Positions 47,870-60,800 of a stretch of 64,000 nucleotides of DNA are shown in pieces (positions within the stretch are counted from its first letter, which is position 1; every line of letters begins with the position of its first letter). The position numbers and the translations under genes are program-made. Under the pieces are notes generated by a model. It was not told where the DNA came from and ran no database searches. It worked only from the letters and a program-made list of their open reading frames with translations. The stretch is from Ascidiella aspersa. Its lineage: Eukaryota. The stretch spans positions 23,002,001-23,066,000 of the forward strand of contig OZ004612.1 in assembly GCA_963924565.1 (NCBI GenBank). The letters are read 5' to 3'.

Positions 47870-48722
47870 CACGACCAGTTCGGTCGGTAGTATTTTTAAT
47901 CATAAGGCCGACGGTCATTATAGACAGGATAACAACTGTTTTATGTCGCTATACTTGGAAGCACCCACTGCGTAGGCTGGAGCGCGTGGTCAGACGAAAC
48001 GTTATGTTGCGAATATTAAACGAAATTGTGATGATATTTTTCATTGAACTTTATCGGCGGAAACTATTTGTTATTCTGTATCTATAAACACCAAATTTGA
48101 TTCCTAATGTGCTATAGTGACTACTTCACTATTTTTAGTAAATATCTGCTAATTAAAACCTTTGCAATCCATATTTTTTAACTGTTACTATAATTTAAGA
48201 AAGTTATCTTGATAAAGGTTATAGTTAATTTGATATACTTTTTTTTAAGCTTACCGGCGATATGTTCTTCATATCTCAAACTATTGGACATTGCAAAATT
48301 AATATCAATATTTGTTAACTTGGTTCGTCATGCGTTTTTTAATGAATTTTGCAATAAGAAAACGAATTCCTTCGCACTTTGGATCTCACAGCGGGTTACC
48401 AAGTAATGAAATTGCAACGAACACATTTGATCCTGAGCGAGGTGGTCGAATTTTTGGCTGTACTTTTCTCAGCTGTTCAGTAAACAAACCCGCGACCCTG
48501 ACATTTCTACTTAAGTATCTTCTCATACGAGTTGCACTGCATGATGCCTGTGTACATTTTTTAGCCACACGTGAACAAAACCACAATCCCAGATCCTTAT
48601 CGCCATTTAAAACAATAATATAAGGGCGGAAGAAGTGCGAGAAGCGTTCCAAGTTGCTACTACAATGGCCCGGCGCAATATAAAGTTCCGGCCACGCGCT
48701 CCAGTTGACACAGTATAGGTGT
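47870..48722. promoter_or_regulatory. Second orphan copy of the bidirectional regulatory cassette
   Basis: D-type promoter facing left (47870-48070, very close to 44365-44560), distal module 48380-48595, partial C/E-type promoter facing right 48600-48722. Confidence 0.75.
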
Positions 48723-48728
48723 TTTTGT

Positions 48729-50430
48729 GCCGATATCCGATTTTCAAGGTTATCCAGTTGCTTATCAAACCCAAATCACCATTTTAATCCTACTATACGT
48801 TACAATATTGTTATTCGTTTTTTATACGTTCCAGCTTTTGTGTTCGCTTTGGTACTTTTTCGTGTGGATCTTGTTTCGCATAAATTTACTGCTTTAGGAA
48901 AAGTGTTTCTTTGTTTTTTTTAGGAAGTAGCATTTAACACCCAAATTCGGTTTGCTACGGTTAAAGTATTTCAGAGAATGCAGGTAAAATTAGTTTGATT
49001 GATCAACAAACTTTCATAATATAAATTTTGCAGCAATGTTATTTGTAATGTCAACTTACGGCCAATTATACCGGTGAATTTTGTGCAAATATTTTGTTTA
49101 CTTAACAGCTAAAACAATCTAGCCATTTAGACACCCTATACCAGTGGTTCTTAAACTGGAGGGCTTGGGGGGCGCGCGAGGTTCACAAGGGGGGCGCGAA
49201 AATTGACAAAATCTGTATTGATTATGACTAAACTTTATGGTGATCATTGAATGGACAACATCGAGTTATCACACATTAGTTTTTTGTGTCATGTAGAATA
49301 TTCCTGTTGATTTTAAGGTTAGTATTTTCGTTTTGTGAGGAGATGATCCCACAAAATCTTTATGCTAACGCATTAATCACGTGATTAAGTTAACCGCTCT
49401 GATCGGCCATTCGAGGGAAACATGGCGTGTGCCGCACGCACACATGCACGCACGCACGCAAGCGATTAAAAACGATATTTGTTAATACCAAAATTTGTTT
49501 AATTTTTCGTACTGTTTGATAAATAGCTCAAATATTCACAGAGAAAGTGCAAACACTGTTAATTGTTTGAAAATACTGTTCATTGTTACGTCACACACTA
49601 CCAGGTTGATGGCTTTTTAATCATTTTGTTTTCGCTTTTGAAGAGTTTTTGCGTGTTGCGTTCTGTTTTATAAGGCTCAGTTAGGTTGTTAAGATTGAAC
49701 TTTTTTTTGAACAATTATGTTTTTGGCTTGGTTTCTCATTATGTGGCTCATAAATATCAGTTTCATAAGTTTACAAAAAAATTGGACAAGATTTAGGGGC
49801 TCCGCAGACACTCCAAAATTACAACACTAAAATTGCTAAAACCAAATCTGGGACTTCCCCTAACACGATACTGTACGTTTTTCTTTAGAAACTCAGAAGC
49901 CTTGTAATTTTTATATTAAACAATGGCAAGAAAGCATTACTAATCTATTTTACAGTTTTATGTAACTTAAAATGTATTCTTAAAGCCCCCAAATCCCAAC
50001 TCCATTCCATTTTTAGAGATTTTTGACGTCATTTTAGAGTGTTTTTAAGGTCCCTGATCTGGAATTGGCCACTGAAACCGCGGTAAATTTGTCAGAAATT
50101 TCGCGTTTCAAAATATGGTAACCCTAGGTTAGGCTGGGTTGAAAATAGTTACATCCTTTGCATTAATGCAACTTACCTAGAAATACGTTGCTGTTATGCT
50201 TAATGTTGTTTTATTTTGAAACAAGGTGGGGCGCAAGTTTGGTTAAAATTGTAAAAAGGGGGCGTGTCTCATAAAGTTTAAGAACCACTGCCCTATACAA
50301 TGGTCTAGTATTCGCTGATTAATCTGCTGACACAATCAGTATATGTTGATTAAACACTGTTATTTTTGATAAAAATTACCATTTTTTGAAGAATAACAGA
50401 AGACGAAAAGCGCCAATATTCATACGAAAA
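48729..50430 (+). pseudogene. 3' remnant (last ~25 codons, 3' UTR and flank) of a gene D-type Tbx6 copy, interrupted by a MITE
   Basis: 48729-48970 is the inverted homologue of 42055-42292 (PISDFQGYPV vs [11 protein letters not shown]); homology to the D 3' flank resumes after the MITE at 50291. Confidence 0.8.
49142..50290. mobile_element. hAT-type MITE
   Basis: Perfect TIRs CAGTGGTTCTTAAACT ... AGTTTAAGAACCACTG; perfect TSD CCCTATAC. Confidence 0.9.
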
Positions 50431-51778
50431 TTGCCAAAATATATATAAAAATTTCGAAATAAAAAATGCAAATATACTTTAGACTTTCCTGTCTTAGTCA
50501 AATTCAGTCATTAATGAGTTTAAGTATTTTAAAAGAGAAATATATTTCCCCACAGATAAGAAATAAGGCAAAATCAGTCTCCTAATTTGAAAGAATGATT
50601 CTTAATTCAAATGAATGAAACCAACTACTGTTGATAAAAAAATCTTGAATATGTCAGCAACGAAATCTCACTCAACCCTTTCAACAGTTAAGATTTCGTC
50701 GGTGCACGAGCTCTAGCCTTCTCAGTGGGTGCTTCGTAACGTGAGCGACATAAACAGTTTATCCTGCCTATAATTACAGTTTTCGCCAAGATGAAACGAA
50801 CGAACGGCTCTCGGCGTATGTTGAATAACAGTTGCACACTTCCGAAGTCATTTATCTAAATATGCTCGTACAAAAGCTGGTCAATTTCAAGTGTAATGTC
50901 TGTCAACGGCACTCATAATAATAGACGAAGAGTTCAGACAAGTCGGTTTGTATCTACTTGAACCAAATCTTTTATTTAAAGTACACAATAAATATGGGGA
51001 AAATAGTCTGTAACCTAAACAGATATGACTGTCACAAACAGTCTGGAGGCAAAGTCTTATTTTACAGTCATGTATCGTTTCGTGGAAATATCGAAACTCC
51101 ATTTGTCACACAATTATTAAAGACATTCGCTACAAATTCAAGGGTGATTGCTCGTTCATTTTGTAATGTTCCTATGATTTGTGATCTTCCCCACCACTAC
51201 TAAATTTACCCTTTTCAACACATCTTGGTAAAACAAAAAGTATAACACTTTTTTGGTTGAAAAAAGTCTTGAATTCCTATAAAGTGAGTCTAATTTTACT
51301 AATCAACTGTATGCTGCCTTGCTGGTATTGCCATTTTAAAACAAGTTTTGCTTCCAGATATTTGAAATGCTTCACCCTTGCATATTTTTTGATTTTTAAT
51401 CGAGCTGTTTTTTTGCTTTATTAAATTGCGATGTTTCGACTAATTTAGTGATATATGAGTAATACGTTGTTACTTTGCAGTTTCTGGTGTCGAGATTGAA
51501 TTATTAAAATATATAACTTAAAAAATATATAGTTATCTATAGGCATACCCTAATTTTACTTAAATGTTGTATTTTAGTTTAAATTATAATTATTTTTATT
51601 TTAATACATTAAATATTGCTAGACAAAGACCTATATTTTCAAAACAAACACGAGTTAAAAAAAAGTCTTTATTATAAATATAGTAGAAAGTTGTAAAAAA
51701 GGCGGTAAATATATCAGATAGAAAGTGCGATTGGCAAACAAAAGTAATTGAAACATCTGCAACGGAATTTAACTGATG

Positions 51779-54700
51779 TTAATTGACTGACCCAGCATGT
51801 AGCTTTGAATAAACCGAGTCATTTGCCTTACTGGGATCAAACACATTTGTGTTTAATAACTGTCCGGACGATTGGTTTGGTGTATGTGTCGACGTCACTG
51901 CTGGCCAATACATCGGCATCTTGTTGGCGATTGCAAATGGATAAACAGCACTATGTGGCAGAGGCAGCATCGAACTGTAATGTGCTGGCCACGCTGGGAG
52001 ACTGGTCGGGATTCGTGGATAATGATGCGGCATATAAAATGGATGGTTCATTGTCGCAGGTGGCAAGAAATTGTTTACTGTTGTTTCCGTCTGATTTCGC
52101 GTGGAAAGGCGAGGTTCAGTTGGCAAGCAACTGTCCGACATCATCCAGTTGCGCAGCCGATCAGATTTATTGCCGCTGTTTGAAGTTGGTATATGATGGT
52201 TTGCCTTTGCAGCGCAGTGATTATCGTTCGTCGAACGCAGAGCCTCGTAATCTGTTTTAACCCGTTTCGTACTTCGTCCATCTTGGCCAGGATTTTCGCG
52301 CGAATTTGCTTCGCGTCGGCGGGATTTCGACGAAGACTTTTCGGCAGACGGGCAATGTTTTCCCCCTGACCTTCCGCCATTGTCTCGAAAACCTTTGGCG
52401 AAGGGATTGTTGTCGATTTTCAATTTGGTCACCTGCAACGAGTAGAAGTTAACGCAGGCTGACTCTTGTTTAAAATATATGAGGAAGCAATATTCAAACA
52501 ACATATTATTTAGTATAGGTTGGTCTATCATTTACAAAATGGCGTAAAATCTAAAGAAATTGTCAATATTTTATGCGGTATAGCTGCAGTAATGTGATAT
52601 TTACCTGTGAATTTTGGTATGCGGTCACCGTTATGAAAACAGTTTGTGGGAATGCGAATGTTGACATCAATTGATGTCGTATATTGTTGATGTCACTGCT
52701 TCGGACAATGTGTATTCTGGGTTGATATCTGTGCATTGAATTTAAGACAATCTGCAATATATCCAAAAAAACTTTGGTTAGAAATGTGAAGAGGACAACC
52801 AAAACGCTTGAAATATATTGTTAGGCGTTTTATATTTGTTTATTTAAATAATACCCTCAAAATGTGGTAAAATATCAATTCCAATACATTTTTGTGTTAA
52901 AAGATACAGTTTAAGGGGCCACTGAGACAAGCTTACCTTATCCGTCGTTTTTGCGCTGCTCGAGTTTGTGAGTTTGACTTTATAAAAGGAAACGATGTCT
53001 TCCATCCATTTGGCACCGCAGGCGGGACTTTCCGGGTGAAGAAACAGCCGCTGCTGCATGTGGGGCTCTCCCCGACCAGCTACCATCCATTCTCCTTGCT
53101 GTAAAGTTCACAATGTAATATAAAGTTATTTTCTATATATAGAGATCAACATTTTAAAAAAGTTTCATTTATAAAGACGGACTATATTGTTAGAACTTTA
53201 TATTGAATTAGATTGTCTGATAGCAAAGCTTCTACAAAACATATGAAATAATGCACGCCACTGCTGTTAAAGAAATGACGAACCGCCAAGATAAAATAAT
53301 ATAATATATTTATACCAACATTTTGTAAAAGATGGATTTATTATTACTTTTATGGTTAATTACAATGCCTGCTTGTCGTGCTTCATTAAAACGTATAAAA
53401 TAATGCAAATAAATGACTTTTTATAGAAAATGCTGTTAAAGAAATGATGAACCGCCGAGATAAATTGTTTTTATACCTGAAACTTGTAGCGATGGTCATC
53501 CACGTTTACTATATCCATGAAAACACAATATTGAACGTTGGGATCCAAGCCTGAGATCTTGATTCGGTAGCCAGGAAACATACGCCTGGAATATTTTTAA
53601 AACAATATTTTAATATTATTAATGAATTTAACGTCAATACATGAAACTCAGGGCAAACATTAAACAATAGAACTGCAATTGCAGTGAGTAAAAAATATTA
53701 ATACGCAAGCGTTTGTTGCTAGTTGTAGTTATTGTTTTCATCCCACAAAGGAACAATGGCGTTAAGAGAAAGCGAAAAGGAAACGTCGCCTTGAGCCGCC
53801 ATTGTTGCATCTCTCGGCAGTAAAAGCGCTAATAGCGAGTGTTGCACTTCGAGCAGCAATTTGTTATTTCCTGGCCCGGGGGGCGAACGCGCCCTGCCGT
53901 TGTTCAGTGAGAGACGCGGCGGCTCGAGACCCGGCTTTATCCGAATGCACAATGGCTAATTAATTGTTACTGCTTGTAATTGTTTTCCGCTCCGGCCGGC
54001 GAAGTGAACTCTCACTTGCGACAAGGCATCAAACGAACCCCGCGCTGATAACGCTGTGATAGCCAAGGACGGGACCCGCAAAGCCCACAGGTAAATATTT
54101 GTCATCTCCAATAAAGAAAACAAGCTTGACATTCAAATATATAGTACAGCAAAATTATTTTTAACTTGTGTTCATGCTCACTTTTACATATCTTTATTAT
54201 CATAGTCATACGATCAGAGATAGCAAAAAGTATTTTTCGCCAATTTTTCGGCTTCTTAACCCTTCCACGATAAAACGCACAAACAAACAGTTGCAAGCTT
54301 CTAATACAGTGTTTCCTAACCTTTTTAGCGCTCTTTTGAGCTTTCATGAAATTTTCTCGTAGTCTACAATGGCTGGCGAAAGTATATAAAATTGTAATAA
54401 TAGGAATTAAAATCAATGTATTTATAACTTACGTGTTGAAAGAATGCATTAAACACAGTCTTGTAAGGTGAATAATATTTACAACACACAAACAAACAAA
54501 CAAACAAACAAACAAACAAACAAACAATCAGACAATTAACTAATGGCTTTTTGTTGTTGCGTTTCGTAACTCACGCATTCTTCACAAATGTGCCTAAATA
54601 GCGCTTTCGATGACAAAGACATAACGAAAATCGTCTATTGCATTTTGCTAGGTAAACGAGCGTAAAGATGAGAAAGAGGTCTTCAGTATTCAATGACGTA

Positions 54701-55849
54701 CCTTCCCGACTTGGTTACTATCATTTCGGTGCCAACTTGCGAGAAACTCTGCCACAGCTGCCGATCGAACAACTCCACGCTTAAATCCGGGTCGCTGGGG
54801 TCTCTCGGGGTGTTCAAGGTCATCGGAGGCGGTTGAAGGTCGTTCCTCATTAAATGGCGAAAGTCCGGAGGATGGGAGGCGTCAACCGAAACAACGGCAT
54901 CTGTTGAAAAATAAGAAACGGAGTTTTTGGATTGCGGAATAATCGACTAATTTTTTTTTAATTTTTCAAGTTATGAAAAATTTAAGTTATGTCTGTACAT
55001 TGCCCGTCTTATCCAAATTTAAAAGCATTCAATTTAAATGGGTTAAAATCTACGGCCGTTTAAAACAGTTGGTGGTTGTCGAATTGGAGCCTTATCCTAT
55101 ACTAGGTTGGTATTTGTGGCGATCCGATATCAAACTAATTTAGCAATTTTAAGTTGATGAAATAATAATATTATTATTATTTGTTAATATCAGGATCCAA
55201 GCCTGCTCCGACATCTTTCTTGTTGAATAAAGTTGTTTTGGATCTTTTTTACTAATTTTGTGGTTTGTTTGGGTAATTTTAGCAAATCTGCTCTAGATTG
55301 CGATCTCACAAAGCTTTTTCCACTTTGAAGGGTGATTTTTTAGAAAGTGGCTTTTTAAAGAAAAGTTAACTTATTACTGTTGTGAACATACTCAATACAT
55401 TACGTTTGCATGTTTGACTAAATATACTAATGAGACCTTGCTTGGTGTCTGATCGTTGAATTGTGACCAAAAATATCGGTTATCGGTGTGACGGTGTCGT
55501 ATTAATACGTATTCGACACCGCATCAACAGTTCCCATGTTCGCATAAATTAAACAGACGAATATAAACTATTGCTCACAACAGGTATCGCTTTTAAATGA
55601 CTGGTTTCAAAAAATAAGATTCGAGATAACAGCATCCGGTAGATAGTTCGTTAAGCAAAAAATGTAAAATCTCAATCGGTTTGCTTGTGGTTCCTTCCAG
55701 TCACATACGAGCAAATCGTATTTGCTAAAAACGCGTTGGACAGCTAATGGTATATTACCTTCATTAACGCTTTGTGGGGCAAAGTTAGAAACAAATAAAT
55801 CGTCCGAAACTTCAGAATAAGGTCGAAATCTTCCTTGAATCGGATGCAT
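51779..55849 (-). CDS. Tbx6-r: T-box transcription factor, Tbx6-related gene F (most divergent paralog, most canonical T-box), 453 aa, 6 coding exons
   Basis: Exons 55759-55849, 54702-54900, 53477-53585, 52937-53098, 52605-52751, 51779-52432; [47 protein letters not shown]; intron positions identical to gene B. The first exon is less certain than the T-box exons. Confidence 0.88.
54481..54527. repeat. (AAAC)n microsatellite in gene F intron 2
   Basis: Directly visible. Confidence 0.9.
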
Positions 55850-56329
55850 TTCAATAAATTATACAAACAGCTAAAGACTCTGCGTTATTCATTAAAATAA
55901 TATAATATTTTAAATAGTGATACTGAGGTAGAAAAATGTAGTTATCATTCTGTTCAGGCGAATTCGTATTCAGCTTCTCGCTAAAAAAAATCTGATTTTA
56001 CTGGCTTGCATGTAATAAAATGCTATTGCTTATCAATTCGTTCTCAGTGAACCCCGCCTATCACTGAAAACTTCTTACCCAGTAATCCAAATTAATAAAA
56101 ATTTAATTACGGAATAATTTGTGAGAATAAACTGCTATATTATAAAGTACACAAATTTTGTCAACACTTCACTTTCCTAGAAGAGGCTAGCGAATACTAG
56201 TAGCTTCAAGCGTCTAAGTAACAATTTTTGTCTGTTTAAGTTTATCTGTCCCTTAGTTTTAAAAACGCAACGGTCCGATCCCGGCTTTGACGGCAAATGA
56301 ATAATTTCCGGATAGCAACAAAAGAATCG

Positions 56330-56625
56330 TTTTAAGCCAACTTTCACCTGCACGTGCCTTCTTCGCTTGGATAGGTGATTCCCCGGCGTGCCGTGCGCTG
56401 CCGTAAAGCACCTTCAGAGCGCCGACCACAGTCGCCAAGATAAGAAAAGGGGAGACTTGTCGTGCCCGCGGGCGATTGGAGATGCCCCACGCGCGGCTCG
56501 GATCGAGTCACACCTTGGCAAAGAGTGGAATATCGCAGGCTTCGCTGTACGAGTGCGAATTGTGAAGCCGCAATTTGTTTTCTCGGCGATTCGATTTCGC
56601 GCCATGTTGGTTCACACCAATTTAC
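56330..56625. promoter_or_regulatory. GC-rich candidate enhancer upstream of gene F
   Basis: Adjacent E-boxes CACCTG-CACGTG (56345-56356), T-box half-sites TCACACCT (56508-56515), TCACACCA (56612-56619), AGGTGA (56373-56378). Confidence 0.5.
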
Positions 56626-56955
56626 GGAATCCGATTGTTGTGACGATTTCGTTAGGATCTATATTCTAGGTGTTTGTTTCCTTCTTTACTGATAAGTTTT
56701 GATTGGTTTTGATAGGTGAGTTGGGGTTTGTAGAACTTTCAGTTTATGATGGATTGAGGTAATATGTTAGCTATTGGTTTTCAAATTCATTCGATTCGAT
56801 ATCTAACGAATTGCATCGGACATATCACACTTCGTAAGTTACTTACCTTCCATTGTTTAGAACGCTGAAAATGGAATCCAAACTATCTTCTATGGTCGTT
56901 TCTCTACCAAGCCTACGTAATACGTCATACGTATAGCTAAGTAAGTAGACTAGAG

Positions 56956-57171
56956 CAACGTTTCTCAACCGGTGCGCCGCGGCGCACTGGTGCGCCATGG
57001 AAGGTTGCCAGGTGCGCCGCGAGCAAAAGGAAAAATATTTTGATTTGTAAAACATGTATTTTTTTACTTTCCTATTAAGCTCATTGATTGCACAGTACTT
57101 TTAAGCAGAAAACACAATAAGATCTTTAAAGTAACAGCATCGAATAATAATCTATAATACCATAATATCAA
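56956..57171. mobile_element. Left part of a hAT MITE (same family as 4152-4938), interrupted by the EnSpm element
   Basis: CAACGTTTCTCAACCGGTGCGCC...TGCGCCATGGAAGG; colinear with 4152-4340 until 57171. Confidence 0.75.
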
Positions 57172-57864
57172 CCCAGCAAACAATTTGACGTTGTTTAAAC
57201 GTTATATTCACATCAAAAAAAAGTTGTAGTCACGTTATTCTGGTTCGTTGTTTTAACGTAAATGTGTAGACAGCCAGAAACGTTAAAATAACGTTGTGGT
57301 AAACGTCACTGTTAACGTTCCCTCAACGTCCTAATAACTTTTTTATATACGTCCTCGTAACGTTACCTAATGCCAGTCGAAACGTTATTATGACATTCAA
57401 AACAAACGTTGTTTTTACGTAAACGTGTAGACAGCCAGAAACGTCAAACTAACGTTGTGTGGTAAACGTCCTTAATAGCTTTATTTAACTATGTCGCCAT
57501 TATGTTAAATTGTTGCGCAAGAAACGTTTTTAATAACTTCCAAACAAACGTATTTTTTCCGTAAATGTGTAAACAACATTTTTAAGTTACATGAGAAGGA
57601 TTTTTGCCTGCATAAACAAACAGTCATCAACGCGTTATTATGGTGACAATGTAAATGTAAGTAAAAACATTGCCTATGCGAAAATCATAATAATTTACGT
57701 TCATTACTAAAAATGTCTGCAATATTACGCCATGGATAATATTCAATTAATCACAATACAGCGTAGTACTCAAGGTCTTTATTTATTAAAATTAGGAGCA
57801 CACGATATGAAAAGTTATACGCGGACAAACCAAAAAACATCAAATATATGCACGTTATTGCTCC

Positions 57865-60800
57865 TCACTCCTCAGAGTCAGAAGAAAGATATGGAAAAGT
57901 TCCGCTTCCACTGCTGATAGAGGTGTTGCTGCTGTCACAAGTCTTGTTTTGTTTCTGTAACGATAAGAATTAACAACAACAATAATTTTTAATTCTTAAT
58001 TGACAAATTCAATATGGTTGCTTAACAGGGCTGCGGAGTCGGCTAAAACTAACCCGAGTCTGACTCCAGCTGTAAGTTGGATATTTAGCAATCCGCTCAT
58101 AGCGGTGTCATATGATTCAAAACCAACAATACATGGTTGGAAAATATTCAACCATATGCTATTACAACTTTTAACAGATTAATCAGTTTCTTAAATTGGT
58201 ACTGCGCAAGAACAGGTCGCACTCTAGCAAAACAAACCGACTTTGTCGAGGCCCGAGGCCGACTCCGCAGCACTGGTTGCTAAGATCATTTTTTGGACAA
58301 AACATAATATAATACAATTAAATTGTACATTTTTTTGTGTAAGTTTTTTTTCCTTTTTTTGTGTAAGTTTTTTTTCATCAACTTACCGAAAAATTTGATC
58401 CACCCGGTTTGTTGGGCGCATGCTTCAGAAAAGCTGACACTTCGTCTTCTACAGCTTTAATTGTAGTATCATGAGCTTTTATAACTGTGCCTACAATATA
58501 TACATCAAGATTTTGTCCCCTGGATAACGATTATACTCAACAATTATTAATATGGCAGGCAACTCTGATAAATAATACTACAACATATTATCAAAATAAA
58601 CATTCTATGGTGAAAACAAAAAAACTTACTAAATATCTCCTAGTTGTCTTGTTTTTTAAATTTTCTTCCAATTCAGAAAATTCGATTTCATTGTCCAGTG
58701 GCACCATCTCAAAAAAATTGTTTTCCGCATCACTAGCGGAACTCTTAGTTTCCAGTAGTTTTAAAATTTTGTTTTGGTTGCCCAAAATCTTTCCTATTTG
58801 AACTAAAAACAATGAAAATATTTTTTTATCTTGGCAGAATTATTGTTTAAACAACTTGTTGCAAAAACAACAATAGTAAGAGCAAACATGAAAGGATTTA
58901 AAAGCAAAGTAAAAATATTTTTATATGCTGAAGCGATTTACAAAATCCTATAAAAGTTCTGTTCTATAATAACACATATAACCTAATTGTTTTAAAAAAC
59001 AACCTGTCATTGTAGATTCGATGAATTCTTGACTGCTTGTAGTACCTAAAAAAACAAATATATACAAAAATATCTTACAATTTTATTGATATTCATTAAC
59101 AGGGCTGCAGAGTCGGACTCAGGACTCAAGGAGTCACCTTGTTTTGCTGGAGATGGACTAGGGACTCCAGTAAGACCACGTAAAACTACCCGGGTCCCGA
59201 GTCCGACATGCACATACGCAGTACCAAATTTTAAAACTCAAATGGCGCCAACTGGAAATTGTAAAGGTGTAAAAGGCTCAAGTGCACTATTTGGCTCCTT
59301 AAATAACAACAAGGTCTAGATTTATAGTGCAACTAACTTAATTCACACTACTTAAAGAGTACCACTTACAAAACTTATACACAAATTACACTTTTTTTTT
59401 ATTTTAACACATTTGATTTAACATATATATTTAAATCTGAAGAAATAAGGAAACTTCATTGCAAAGTAATATTTAAAGTAATGTTTAAGGTACTTTTACA
59501 CAAGGCTTACATCAGTGATTCTCAACCTGTTTTGGCTTGCATCACCCCTACTAGTATTTTTAGCTTGGATTACTGTAACATCACAATAAACAAGATTGAA
59601 AAACCTTGTTGATTTGTTGCACTCTAATCGTATAAAAAATTGTAACCAGAAACTTAATAAAGCAAAAATGGGAATCCAAAGTAATTTGAAATGTCTCATG
59701 GCACCCTTGAGTGTTAGAAATTGCATCCCGGCTGAGAACCACTGGATACATCTTAGGGAATTTGAATGTATATTTTGAAGCTGTGGTTACCAACCTGGGT
59801 GTCGCAAGTGTTTTTTTGGGGGTCGCCATGCAGTATTTGATAAAAAAAAATTAACAAGAAATAAGCAATATGAACTAAAAGTTTCGCATTGTAGAAGAAA
59901 AAGCAACCATTACACTTTTCAATTAATAAATTAAGCATAGCTTCAGTCAAACAATGTGTAATAAAAATGAATGGACGCTCAAACTGTAACTTTAACTCAT
60001 TGTGCAATGTGCACACTTAAATCTGGACATTTTAGCCAAATTTTGATACAATCTGTCTAGATTTTTTTACAATGTGAATTTTGCCATTTTTAAAATGTGT
60101 TTTTTTATTGACTCTGGTTTATGTATTATACACTATAATTGGGGGTCGGGCAAGTTAACGAAGACTTAAAAGGGGCCACAAGAAGAAAATGGTTGGAGAA
60201 CCACTGTTTTAAAGGTTACACTGTTTGGCACATTTATTTAATATAAATACAAATAAATACCTTCATCAAATGATATATCTCCAAGGACTTTTTCAGTATG
60301 AACATCGTTCAATGAAGACCCTTTATCTCAAAAACAAAACATCACATAAAAAATACATATTAGTTGTTTACTTATTTTAAAGATAAAATGGTATTCAAAA
60401 TATTGGTTAAAATGTATATACGTTAATTTGATGAAAAGTACCCCATTGCTATAATATTATTTGTTAATAAACATCTCCTCCAGTCTGTCAAACAACCTAA
60501 ACTCAACTTTTGATAATCTCCTAGTAAACAAACATTAGCATCATACCTTCCTCATCTAAATATCTTCTTGGGCGCTTTTTTGGCCTTATACCTTCATGCA
60601 ACTCACAACCCTCAATATTTGATGTTTCAAGAGCTTTGTTACACTTCACTAAAGCATCACTATAGTCACCTGAAAGGCATTGTTTATCAGCTTTCCAAAA
60701 TAAATAACTAGCTGTCTGTTTGGTAATGCAATCTCACCTGAATAACCAAATACTCTCACATTATATATACTCCAATTGTCTTTGTCTGGTAATTGATTTT

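Noticed and set aside
51805-52260. 151-aa plus-strand ORF and other antisense ORFs over the Tbx last exons
   Set aside because: Shadow frames of real coding exons, not conserved between paralogs
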